In this document: positions 16,440-25,262 of the stretch, in pieces
How positions within the stretch are numbered: the stretch's first letter is position 1
Layout: each line of letters starts with the position of its first letter
Origin: Planctomycetota bacterium
GTDB lineage: Bacteria > Planctomycetota > SZUA-567 > H5-PLA8
Direction: 5' to 3'
DNA length: 37,979 nt
NCBI GenBank assembly: GCA_038227875.1
Contig: JBBRPR010000077.1
Coordinates: forward strand, 1-37,979
Program-made: the position numbers and the translations under genes
Notes under the pieces: generated by a model
What the model was told of the DNA's origin: nothing
Seen by the model: only the letters and a program-made list of their open reading frames with translations
Database searches by the model: none

Positions 16440-17678
16440 TCACGGTTTTGCCGCGCTGAGGAACTTTCGCGCCGCTTCGTCTTCGCACAATCCAATCGCG
16501 CGGGTGTACGCAGCGCGAGATTCGTCGATGCGGTTCAGGCGCTTAAGTAGGTGCGCGGCCAGCGCCCAGTACGACTGGTAGCTCTTCACGTCTTCGGCGG
16601 GAATCGCGGAAAGCAGCGACCATCCGGCCTCCGCCCCACGCGCTTCGGCGACGACGGCGGCGCGACCGACGAGCGCGCCAAGAGTTGGCGCGTGGCGCAC
16701 CAGGCCTTCGTAAAACAGCGCGATCGATTCCCAATCGGTGCGGCCCGTCGCGGCGCGCTGCGCGTGCACCGATTGGATCGCCGCTTCAAGTTGAAAGCGC
16801 CCGATGCGGCCGCGCTGTGACGCGGCGTGGAGCAGCGCTTCGGCTTCGGCCATGTACTCCGGCGACCAGCGCGCCACGTCTTGCTCGGAAAGCGGCACGT
16901 ACGCGCCGTCGGCGGTGCGGCGGGCATCGCGCCGCGCTTCGCAATGGAGCATCAACGCCAGCAGGCCTTCGGCTTCCGCTTCGCCAGGAAGCAATTGGAG
17001 CAACAACCGCCCCAGCCCGATGGCCTCCGTCGACAGGCCTTTGCGGCGCGGATCGGAACCGGAGACGTCGTCCCAACCGGAACCATACGCGGCGTAGATC
17101 GCCTCGAGCACCGCTTCGAGGCGCGGCGGCAGTTCATCGGCGCCGGGAATTTCAAACGCAATGCGCGCGTCGCGGATCTTCGTCTTGGCACGGCTGAGGC
17201 GTTGACCCATCGCCGCTGGCTGCACCAGAAACGCCGAGGCGATGCGCGCGGCGTCGAGGCCCAGGACGGTCTGCAGCATCAGCGGCGTGCGCACGGTTTC
17301 GTCGATCGCCGGATGAGCGCAGATGAACAGCAGCTTCAAGCGTTCGTCGGGAAACGTGGCGTGCATGCGCGCGGCTTCCTGAGCGATCTCTCCAGCTTCG
17401 TCGGCCATGGCCAGCAGCGTCGGCGCTGCAGCGGCTCGGACGCGGTTGTGCTCGGCCACGTCGATCAGCCGCCGGCGGGCGGCCGTCAGCAGCCAGGCCT
17501 CCGGGTTTGCCGGCACGCCATCGCGCGGCCAGGCTTCCAGCGCGGCGTGGAAAGCGTCGCTCAGCGCATCTTCCGCGGCGGCGACATCACGCGAACGCGT
17601 GGCGAGAAACGCGAGCAGGCGGCTGTAGGAATCCCGCGCCGCTTGCTCAATGGCAAGTGATGCCGCATCGGGATTCAT
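16440..17678 (-). CDS. ECF sigma factor with C-terminal TPR extension (ECF42-type, DUF6596)
   Basis: AEDALSDAF..ALEAWPRDGVPANPEAWLLTAARRRLID; DERLKLLFICAHPAI; LSEQDVARW; GRFQLEAAI..VH; TDW..I; directly downstream of DGPF/YciI genes. Confidence 0.88.
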   Translation of the reverse strand: MNPDAASLAIEQAARDSYSRLLAFLATRSRDVAAAEDALSDAFHAALEAWPRDGVPANPEAWLLTAARRRLIDVAEHNRVRAAAAPTLLAMADEAGEIAQEAARMHATFPDERLKLLFICAHPAIDETVRTPLMLQTVLGLDAARIASAFLVQPAAMGQRLSRAKTKIRDARIAFEIPGADELPPRLEAVLEAIYAAYGSGWDDVSGSDPRRKGLSTEAIGLGRLLLQLLPGEAEAEGLLALMLHCEARRDARRTADGAYVPLSEQDVARWSPEYMAEAEALLHAASQRGRIGRFQLEAAIQSVHAQRAATGRTDWESIALFYEGLVRHAPTLGALVGRAAVVAEARGAEAGWSLLSAIPAEDVKSYQSYWALAAHLLKRLNRIDESRAAYTRAIGLCEDEAARKFLSAAKP

Positions 17679-17681
17679 ATA

Positions 17682-18044
17682 TTAGGAACAGGGATTCGCG
17701 ATGATTTCCGGGCGCACCTCGACGCAGCCGTGCGCCGCGATCGGACAACGCGCGGCCCAATCGAGAGCCGCGTCCAGCGTCGGCACGTCGATGACGATGA
17801 AGCCGCCGAGTTGCTCCTTGGTCTCCGGATACGGGCCGTCCTGGACGTGTGTTTTGCCCTCGCGCACGCGCAAGTGTCGAGCCGTGCCGGGTGCGTCGAG
17901 ACCGCCGCCGGCCACGACGACGCCGGCCTCTTCCAAGGCAGTGCGGTACGGCCGCCAGACGTCCTGATACTTCTTCTGAGTCTCCGGATCTTTGCGTCCG
18001 GAAAACCCCTGGCCATCAAAGTAGAACAAGAGTGTGTAGTGCAT
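17682..18044 (-). CDS. YciI/DGPF family protein
   Basis: VQDGPYPETKEQLGGFIVIDV..LDAALDWAARCP....VEVRP; GAAAGGA upstream. Confidence 0.9.
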   Translation of the reverse strand: MHYTLLFYFDGQGFSGRKDPETQKKYQDVWRPYRTALEEAGVVVAGGGLDAPGTARHLRVREGKTHVQDGPYPETKEQLGGFIVIDVPTLDAALDWAARCPIAAHGCVEVRPEIIANPCS

Positions 18045-18070
18045 GGGCGTTCCTTTCAGAATTGAGGAAG

Positions 18071-18100
18071 GAACCCTCAGGTCAATTGACCTGAGGGTTC
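18071..18100. repeat. Perfect 30-bp palindrome (REP-like)
   Basis: GAACCCTCAGGTCAA|TTGACCTGAGGGTTC with no spacer. Confidence 0.9.
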
Positions 18101-18107
18101 AGCAGTG

Positions 18108-18470
18108 TCAGGAACACGCCTTTGGATCGAGATTCGGGCGTACTTCAATGTTTCCGTACGGCGCCGCCGGACACTTCGCGGCCCAATCGAGCGCCACGTC
18201 CAGCGAGGGCACATTGATGATGTAATAGCCGCCGAGCTGCTCCTTGGCTTCCGCGTAAGGGCCGTCCTGCACGAGGCGTTTGCCGTCGCGCAGTCGGACG
18301 GTGGTCGCGGTCTCCGGCGGCTCGAGCCCCGCGCCACTGACCAGGATGCCGGCCTCGATCAGGGCCTTGGTGTAGGCCGGCCACGCGGGAAAGAAGGTGC
18401 GCACCCATTCCGGATCTTTGCGCGCCGCAAATTCCTTCTGGGGTTCGTAAATCAAGATCGTGTAATTCAT
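18108..18470 (-). CDS. YciI/DGPF family protein
   Basis: VQDGPYAEAKEQLGGYYIINV..LDVALDWAAKCP....IEVRP; AAGGGA before MNYTILIY. Confidence 0.9.
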   Translation of the reverse strand: MNYTILIYEPQKEFAARKDPEWVRTFFPAWPAYTKALIEAGILVSGAGLEPPETATTVRLRDGKRLVQDGPYAEAKEQLGGYYIINVPSLDVALDWAAKCPAAPYGNIEVRPNLDPKACS

Positions 18471-18518
18471 GGCAGTCCCTTTCGAAGAATTTTGGTTTTC
18501 GTCCTCGTTCACTGCCAT

Positions 18519-18545
18519 GTCGGGTGAGAGCCACGCGTTTCGACA
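18519..18545 (-). promoter_or_regulatory. ECF42-type promoter
   Basis: TGTCGA-N17-CGAC upstream of the DGPF-DGPF-sigma operon; matches the ECF42 consensus as I recall it (TGTCGA / CG(A/T)C). Confidence 0.65.
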
Positions 18546-18686
18546 GCGTTCTGAAAATTATTTTTAACCGTGCGTCGCGCGCGTTCAACAGGCGGCGTGC
18601 CAATCGTTATAAACGACCCAACCCATTGTAATGGCGAGGGTGCACTTCGCGGGGTACTGTGAAATCGAACCCCGGAGGAATCGATT

Positions 18687-19550
18687 ATGTTTTACACTGT
18701 GCCGCAGTCGTGCTGTGTGATCGTCGAACGCTTCGGAAAATTCGCACGCGTCGTCCGCGAAGGCCTGCACGTCAAAGCGCCGTGGTTTGAAGACTTCCGC
18801 TGTGTTCCAAAATGGGGCAAGAACGCCAACCGCTATGGCTGGCTGATCGACCTGAGCGAACAGCAGACCGACACGCCCGTGCGCGAATGCCAGACGAAGG
18901 ACAACGTCGACGTCCGTGCCAGCGCGATGGTCTTCTGGCAGATCGTCGACCCGCGCAAAGCCGTCTACGAATCCGAGAATCTCCCGGCCTTCGTGGAAAC
19001 GGTGGGACTCAACGCGCTCCGCGCCGAAATCGGCAAGCTGGAGCTCGACCAGGTTTTCTCCGAGCGGGGGCTGCTCAACCAGCGCGTCGCCGAGGAACTG
19101 GAAGCGACGGCGCTGAAATGGGGCATCCAATTCACGCGCGTCGAAATCCAGGAACTGAAAATGCGCGACGACACCGCCGGCGCGATGCGCCAGCAGATGG
19201 AAGCCGAACGCCGCCGCCGCGCGACGGTCGCCGACTCGCTGGGCAAAGCTGAAGCCGACGTGAAGCTCGCCGAGGCCGAGAAGCAGGCCGCGATCCTCCG
19301 CGCCGAAGGCCGCGCCAAGGCGCTGGCGACGATGGGCGACGCCGAAGCCGCGTACCTGGCGAAGCTCACGCAACAGACGTCCTCGCCACTGGCCGTGCAG
19401 ATCCTGATTGCGCAGAAGTACCTCGACGGCTTTGAAGCGATCAGCGCCAACCCCAGCGACAAGGTTTTTCTGCCCAATTCGTTCCACGGCCTGCTCGCGC
19501 AGAGCGCCGCCGGCGTCCACGAACGGCCGTCGCGCAACGAACTGGCGTAG
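18687..19550 (+). CDS. SPFH/band 7 (stomatin-like) protein
   Basis: IVERFGKF, QTKDNV, LRAEIGKLELD, WGIQFTRVEI, QMEAERRRRA; GGAGG upstream. Confidence 0.9.
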   Translation: MFYTVPQSCCVIVERFGKFARVVREGLHVKAPWFEDFRCVPKWGKNANRYGWLIDLSEQQTDTPVRECQTKDNVDVRASAMVFWQIVDPRKAVYESENLPAFVETVGLNALRAEIGKLELDQVFSERGLLNQRVAEELEATALKWGIQFTRVEIQELKMRDDTAGAMRQQMEAERRRRATVADSLGKAEADVKLAEAEKQAAILRAEGRAKALATMGDAEAAYLAKLTQQTSSPLAVQILIAQKYLDGFEAISANPSDKVFLPNSFHGLLAQSAAGVHERPSRNELA

Positions 19551-19583
19551 TAGTTCCTATTCTCTCTTGAGAGAAAAACACTT

Positions 19584-20741
19584 ATGTTCGATTGGCTGAT
19601 CCGAAAAGAAAATCCCTATGCGGTCAGCGGCCTGGCGCGGAACAAAAAAGCGCGCCAGTATCTCCGCGGCGATCTGCAGACCCTCGACGACCAACTGGTG
19701 TTGCGCAGCCGCTATGGTTCGGCCGCCTTGCCGCTCAAAGGTCTGGTGATTCAGCGCAATCGCTGGCTCGGCGGACCGATCCGGTTTACCCATCCCGATC
19801 AGCCCGGCTGGACGCTGTAGACGCCGTCGTTGAAAATCTTCGACGATCCCAACTTCGGCGGCGGCGGAAGATTCAAGGCGCGCTACTGCGTCCACTTTGC
19901 GTACACGCGACAGGCGCTCAAGCTGGGTCTCCTTGCCGCGCTGCTGGGCTTCATCTTCGTGCCGGCGTTTCGCAACACCGTGACCGGCAGCACCGTCGCG
20001 CTGATTCCCACTCAAGATGACGTATATGTGGGCGAGGAAGTTTACGGGCTGATGCGCCCCGGTCTCAACCGGATCTCCGATCCACTCGTCGTGAACGACG
20101 TCCGCCAGATTTTCGGACGGCTCACCGATGCCGTTCCAGCTCCCGAACACCATTTCAATTTCCAGATCGACGTGGTGCTCGATCCGGCGGTCAATGCGTT
20201 TGCCCTTCCCGGCGGTCACGTCGTCGTCAACAGCGGCTTGATTCTCGAGACGCAGAACGCCGACGAACTTGCCGGCGTGCTTGGCCATGAGCTGGGGCAC
20301 GTCACGCGCCGGCACGCGATGCGGAATTACGTCGCCGAAGCCGGCGTGTGGGCGCTGATGCAGCAGTTCGTCGGCCATTCGCACGTGGCCCGCATTGCCG
20401 CGCGCTATTCGCGCCAACTGGCCGGCATGAAATTCTCCCGCGACGACGAGAGCGAAGCCGACCAGATGGGCTGGCAGTACGTCCGCCGCGCTCATTTCGC
20501 AACGGCCGGTTTGGAGCACTTCTTCGCCCGGCTCGCCGACCACGAGCGCAATGAACAGGAAAGCGCCGACGTCGAATACCTGCTGCGCTCACACCCGCTC
20601 AGCCAAGAGCGTGCCATGACGCTGCATGCACTGTCCGCCGAGGCGGCCGCCGATCCGCACATTCAATCCGCCGGATTTGATTACGCCGAACTCCGGACGC
20701 GCGTCCGGGAATTGCAGCTTCAGCGCTTCCCGAAAAAATAG
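19584..20741 (+). pseudogene. M48 family zinc metallopeptidase split by an in-frame amber codon
   Basis: ORFs 19584-19820 and 19830-20741 are in the same frame, separated by a single TAG at 19818-19820. Motifs NAFALPGG, GHELGH, SRDDESEAD, SHP. Confidence 0.75.
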
Positions 20742-20797
20742 AATCGCATCGCCTGCGCAATGGAAAATGAATTATGGAACAACTGGAAAATGGGCCC

Positions 20798-21880
20798 CTA
20801 CAGGCTGACTTGCCCGGTGAGGTCTTCCAGCAATTCAGGCAGGCTTTTTTGAGTGGCGGCGACCGCGGATCCGAACTGGCCGCTCTTTTTCAGCACGGCG
20901 ACCAGCGCTTCGACGACCTGCGGATCGAACTGTGTGCCGGAACAGCGCCGCAGTTCGGCCATCGCCTCTTCGGGCGTGCGCGGGGTGTTGTAGCTGCGCT
21001 GCGAGACCATCGTGTCGTAGGCTTCCACCGCGTGAATGATGCGCGCGCCGAGCGGAATCTGTTCGCCGGATAGGCGTTCGGGATAGCCCGTGCCGTCGAA
21101 GTGTTCGTGATGATACTTGATGTAACCGACGGCGCTCTGCAGCTGCTCGATCGGTTCCAGGATCGTGCTGGCGATGATCGGGTGGCGCTCGACGACCTCG
21201 CGTTCGCCGGCGTCCAGCGGACCGGTCTTGCGCAGGATCGCTTCGCGGATGCCCATCTTGCCGATGTCGTGAAGAATACCCGCGATGCCGATGCGCTTCA
21301 CTTCGTCGTCTTGGAAGCTCATTTCGCGCGCGACGGATGACGCGAGCATCGATACTTTTTCGGAATGCGAACGCGTGTACGGATCCTTCGCCTCGAGCAC
21401 CTTGGCCATCACCGCGAGCACATTCAGGAAGAGCGTTTCGTTGCGCGACGTCGAGCGGCGGATTTCTTTGCGGAGGAAGCGGCGGGTCAATAATTTCTCG
21501 GCCTTGAGCACCAGCAGATCGAGATTGATCGGACGCATCACGTAATCGTCGGCGCCGCGGCCGATTCCTTCCAGCGCGATGTGGCGCTCGTCGCGTTCGG
21601 AGAGCAGCAGCAGCGCCACGTCGAAGACGTTGCGGATTTCGTCGAACGTTTCCAGGCCCGGCCGGTCCGGCAGCGAGAGGCTCAAGACCACCAGGTCGAT
21701 CGGTTCGTGGCGGGCCAGGCCGACGGACAGCAACCGCAGCGCCTCTTCGCCGTTGCGGGCGAGGTTGCAGCGTTCAAAACCTTCATTCTGAAATTTGGTA
21801 ATGACGGAGCTGGCGCTCTCGTCAAAGGGATCGACAACGAGCACTCGCATGACCTTGATGGCTTGCTGGGCGGTCAACAT
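20798..21880 (-). CDS. Atypical receiver plus HD-GYP domain protein (putative c-di-GMP phosphodiesterase)
   Basis: EAKDPYT.SHS, LHDIGK, HHEHFDGTGYP, GTQFDP; N-terminal REC-like fold with degenerate phosphorylation residues; start uncertain (21880 or 21850). Confidence 0.88.
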   Translation of the reverse strand: MLTAQQAIKVMRVLVVDPFDESASSVITKFQNEGFERCNLARNGEEALRLLSVGLARHEPIDLVVLSLSLPDRPGLETFDEIRNVFDVALLLLSERDERHIALEGIGRGADDYVMRPINLDLLVLKAEKLLTRRFLRKEIRRSTSRNETLFLNVLAVMAKVLEAKDPYTRSHSEKVSMLASSVAREMSFQDDEVKRIGIAGILHDIGKMGIREAILRKTGPLDAGEREVVERHPIIASTILEPIEQLQSAVGYIKYHHEHFDGTGYPERLSGEQIPLGARIIHAVEAYDTMVSQRSYNTPRTPEEAMAELRRCSGTQFDPQVVEALVAVLKKSGQFGSAVAATQKSLPELLEDLTGQVSL

Positions 21881-22108
21881 GCCTGTGTCTCGAATGCTCA
21901 ATCAAATCACCCATGACGAGTGACAGGCCGACTGCTGTGAGGTGCAATCAATCCTGCGTACATTCTACCTGTTCCTAAGAAAGAACTGGCAGAAATGACA
22001 CGAAAATCTCAAACTAAATGCAAATTGCAACGCACTTGCACCACCCCACTTTTACATGGTGCAACGCAAATTGCAAAATCTAAACATTCTGATCAAAGCA
22101 CGTGCCAC

Positions 22109-23008
22109 TCAATCACTTATGCTATGCAGCAGGGCACGCTGGATATGGAGTCTATTTTCGGCCTGATCGTAAACCACGGACTGCACCCCGTCTATGGCAC
22201 TGTCGGTGATCTCGTCGCCGCGATGTGCAGGCAGGCAATGCATCACAATGGCATTCGGGACTTTCGCCAATAATTCCGCGTTAATCTGGTACGGCTGGAA
22301 AATGGAACGGCGTTTTGCCGCTTCGTTCTCCTGGCCCATCGACGTCCATACGTCGGTGTAGATCACATCCACTCCGGCAACCGCTTCCGCCGGATCGGTG
22401 GTGAATGTCGCACCGGTCGATTTCAAAAACGCGGCGGTAAAGCCGTAGCCTTGCGGACTGGCGATCGACAGTTTGCCGCCGACCTTATGCAGGGCGTGCG
22501 CCAGCGAGCGGCAGACGTTGTTGCAGTCGCCGACGAACGCGACTTTCACGCCCTCGAGCCGGCCCATTTTTTCGCGGATCGTCAGCAGGTCGCCCAGCGC
22601 CTGGCAGGGATGATGCATGTCCGACAGTCCGTTGATCACGGGCTTGTTGGAATGCTTCGCCATCTCGATGACGGTTTCGTTCTTGTACGTGCGGAGCACA
22701 AAGACGTCGATGTAACGCGACGCAACTTTGGCCAGATCCTTGATCGACTCGCGTTCGCCAATGCGCCCGGCTTCCGGCCCGACATAGACCACGTGTCCGC
22801 CGAGCTGGTACGTGGCGACTTCGAAACTCAAGCGCGTCCGCAGCGACGCCTTCTCGAAGAAGAGGCCCACGACCTTGCCCGTCAACACCTTGGAATGCTG
22901 ATACGTGTTCGGGTCCGCCTTATGCCGCGCCGCCAGATCCAACAGCGCCAACAAGTCCGGCGTGCTCAACGAATCCAGTCCGATCAGATCTTTCTTCTTG
23001 ATGCTCAC
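22109..23008 (-). CDS. argF: Ornithine carbamoyltransferase
   Basis: FEKASLRTR, HPCQALGD, GDCNNV, DVWTSMGQE, HCLPAHRG, QAENRLH; GTG start after GAGAGGA. Confidence 0.93.
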   Translation of the reverse strand: MSIKKKDLIGLDSLSTPDLLALLDLAARHKADPNTYQHSKVLTGKVVGLFFEKASLRTRLSFEVATYQLGGHVVYVGPEAGRIGERESIKDLAKVASRYIDVFVLRTYKNETVIEMAKHSNKPVINGLSDMHHPCQALGDLLTIREKMGRLEGVKVAFVGDCNNVCRSLAHALHKVGGKLSIASPQGYGFTAAFLKSTGATFTTDPAEAVAGVDVIYTDVWTSMGQENEAAKRRSIFQPYQINAELLAKVPNAIVMHCLPAHRGDEITDSAIDGVQSVVYDQAENRLHIQRALLHSISD

Positions 23009-23092
23009 AGCGTTCAATCCTCTCTTGCAGTTCACTGCGTGCGGAAAAGCACTGGTTCCAATATTTGCGCTTCGCGCGCTCAGTCCTCAGTC

Positions 23093-24310
23093 CTACTTCA
23101 ATTCGCTCAACGCCTGATCCACAATCGCCACGCCGTCGTCCAACTGTGCGGGCGCAATGTTTAACGCGGGAAGCATGCGCAGCGTCGTGTCGTGCGTGAC
23201 GTTGATGATCAAGCCCAGCTCCAGGCACCGCTGGAACACGGCCTTGCCGGGGAACGTCAGATCGATGCCCGCCATCAAGCCGATCTGGCGGATTTCTTTG
23301 ATCTTCGTGGGATACTTGCCGCGCAAGGCTTCCAGCTTCTGGCTCAGGTGCGACGCCGTCGTGCGGACTTTGTCGAGCAGCTTGTCGCTGTCGATGGTCT
23401 CGAAGACCGCCAGCGACGCCGCGCAGGCCGTCGGGTTTCCGCCATAGGTCGTGCCGTGCGTGCCGGGGACCATCGCCTGAGCCACCGACGCCGCGGCGAC
23501 CATCGCGCCGATCGGAAATCCGCCGCCCAGCAGCTTGGCCATCCAGATGACATCCGGCGGCGGCGCTTTGAGCGTCTGGTACGCAAAATAATTTCCTGTG
23601 CGTCCCATGCCGCACTGGACTTCGTCGTACATCAGCAGCGCACCGTGTTTGACGCACAATTCTTTCGCCGCTTTGAGGTACTCCGGCGTGGCGATGAAGA
23701 TGCCGCCTTCGCCCTGCACCGGTTCGACCATGAAGCCGATGGTCTCCGCGTCGAAGGCTTTCTCCAGCGCCGCGATGTCGTTGAGCGGCACGAAAGAGAA
23801 GCCGGGGACGAGCGGTTCGCAGCCCTTCTGCAGGTTGGTCTGGCCGGTGGCGCTGAGCGCAGCGTAGGTGCGGCCGTGGAAGCCGTTGGAGCAGGCGATG
23901 ATCTTCCACTTTCCGCCGTGCTGCTTGCCGTAAAGTCGCGCGAGCTTGATCGCGGCTTCGGACGCTTCCGTACCCGAGTTGCACAGAAACGCCCGCGGGT
24001 CGACCATTCCGTTGGGGCCGCCGACTTTTTCGCAGAGCTTCTGGCCGAGCAGCGCCTGCTGTTCCCACATGTAATTGTTGTGAACGTGGAGCAGCGTGTC
24101 GGCCTGCTTCTTGATCGCCGCAACGACGCGGGGCGGGCATTGGCCGAGGCTGTCGACGCCGATGCCGGCGATCAGATCCAGATAACGCTTCCCTTCCGCG
24201 TCCCACAGGTAACAGCCCTCACCCCTGACGAAGGCAATCGGCGCGCGCGTGTAGTTGCCAATCAAATGCTTGGCATACAGGGCTTGCACTTCGGCGGTAT
24301 TCAGAGCCAT
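23093..24310 (-). CDS. argD: Acetylornithine aminotransferase
   Basis: NSGTEASEAAIK, FHGRT, EPVQGEGG, DEVQCGMGRTG, AKLLGGG, HGTTYGGNP; GGAGGA upstream; arg operon context. Confidence 0.9.
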   Translation of the reverse strand: MALNTAEVQALYAKHLIGNYTRAPIAFVRGEGCYLWDAEGKRYLDLIAGIGVDSLGQCPPRVVAAIKKQADTLLHVHNNYMWEQQALLGQKLCEKVGGPNGMVDPRAFLCNSGTEASEAAIKLARLYGKQHGGKWKIIACSNGFHGRTYAALSATGQTNLQKGCEPLVPGFSFVPLNDIAALEKAFDAETIGFMVEPVQGEGGIFIATPEYLKAAKELCVKHGALLMYDEVQCGMGRTGNYFAYQTLKAPPPDVIWMAKLLGGGFPIGAMVAAASVAQAMVPGTHGTTYGGNPTACAASLAVFETIDSDKLLDKVRTTASHLSQKLEALRGKYPTKIKEIRQIGLMAGIDLTFPGKAVFQRCLELGLIINVTHDTTLRMLPALNIAPAQLDDGVAIVDQALSELK

Positions 24311-24358
24311 CGTCAGTTCCTCCACCCGGGGTTAAGGGAATTTAAGAATCCAATACAC

Positions 24359-25231
24359 TTACAGGCGAATTTCCGTGCCGATTCCTTCCGGCGTAAAGAT
24401 TTCCAGCAGCAGCGAATGCTGCAGCAGGCCGCTGATCACGTGGGTCTTCTTCACGCCATGGCGCAGCGCGGCGACGCAGGCTTCGATCTTCGGAATCATG
24501 CCGCCGACGATGATGCCGTCCTTGATCATCTGGTCGCATTCGGGAATTGTGGCATTGGAAATCAGGGATTCCGGCTTGTCCTTGTCACGCAGGATGCCCG
24601 GGACATTCGACAGGTAAACGAGCTTCTCGGCCTTGGTCTCCGCGGCAATCTTCCACGCGACGGAGTCGGCGTTGACGTTGTAAAGATGCCCGTCCTTGCC
24701 CGTCGCGATCGGCGCGACGACGGGAATGACGCCGCCGGAGCTGATGCGCTGCGCCAGTTCCGCGTCGATCGAGGTGATCTCACCGACGTAGCCCAGATCC
24801 ATGCCCGGATCTTCTTCGAAGACTTTCTTCTCGCAGCGCAGGAAGCGCGAACCGCGGCCGTTGAGCGGAATGGCCTGGCCCTCGGCTTTCTGAATCAGCT
24901 CGACGACGTTGACGCTGATTTCATCGATCAGCACTTTCTGCGCGATCCCCAGCGTCGCTTCATCCGTCACGCGCCGGCCCTTGACGAAATTGGCCTTCAG
25001 GCCCAGGCGTTCCATCTCTTCGGTGATGCGCGGGCCGCCGCCGTGCACCAGGATCGGCCAGACGCCGACCTGTTCGAGGAACACCACGTCGCGGACGACC
25101 GAGGGCAGAATCTTTTTGTCGGTCATCGTGCTGCCGCCGATCTTGATCACGACGGTCTTGCGGTCGAAGGCCTTCAAGTACGGCAGCGCCTCGATCAGCA
25201 CGCGCGATTTGGTCAGTGGACTGCTCATCAT
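24359..25231 (-). CDS. argB: Acetylglutamate kinase
   Basis: LIEALPY, IKIGGS, VHGGGP, GRRVTD, NVNAD, GGMIPK, LLLEIFT.EGIGT. Confidence 0.95.
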   Translation of the reverse strand: MMSSPLTKSRVLIEALPYLKAFDRKTVVIKIGGSTMTDKKILPSVVRDVVFLEQVGVWPILVHGGGPRITEEMERLGLKANFVKGRRVTDEATLGIAQKVLIDEISVNVVELIQKAEGQAIPLNGRGSRFLRCEKKVFEEDPGMDLGYVGEITSIDAELAQRISSGGVIPVVAPIATGKDGHLYNVNADSVAWKIAAETKAEKLVYLSNVPGILRDKDKPESLISNATIPECDQMIKDGIIVGGMIPKIEACVAALRHGVKKTHVISGLLQHSLLLEIFTPEGIGTEIRL

Positions 25232-25262
25232 CTTATTCCTTTCACCAGCGGCCAAGGCTGCT

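Noticed and set aside
140..20741. Genome-wide amber recoding suggested by TAGs at 140 and 19818
   Set aside because: TAG ends several complete genes at plausible positions (8067, 15803, 19550, 20741, 20798).
22109..22440. Apparent drop in GC at the 3' end of argF, suggesting gene replacement by an integrated element
   Set aside because: Judged by eye only; no duplicated 3' end, att site or integrase supports it.
22830..22870. SLRT instead of STRT in the carbamoyltransferase, suggesting an N-acetyl- or N-succinyl-ornithine enzyme
   Set aside because: The SMG loop (DVWTSMGQE) and HCLPAHRG are canonical for ornithine carbamoyltransferase, and argJ in the operon supplies free ornithine.
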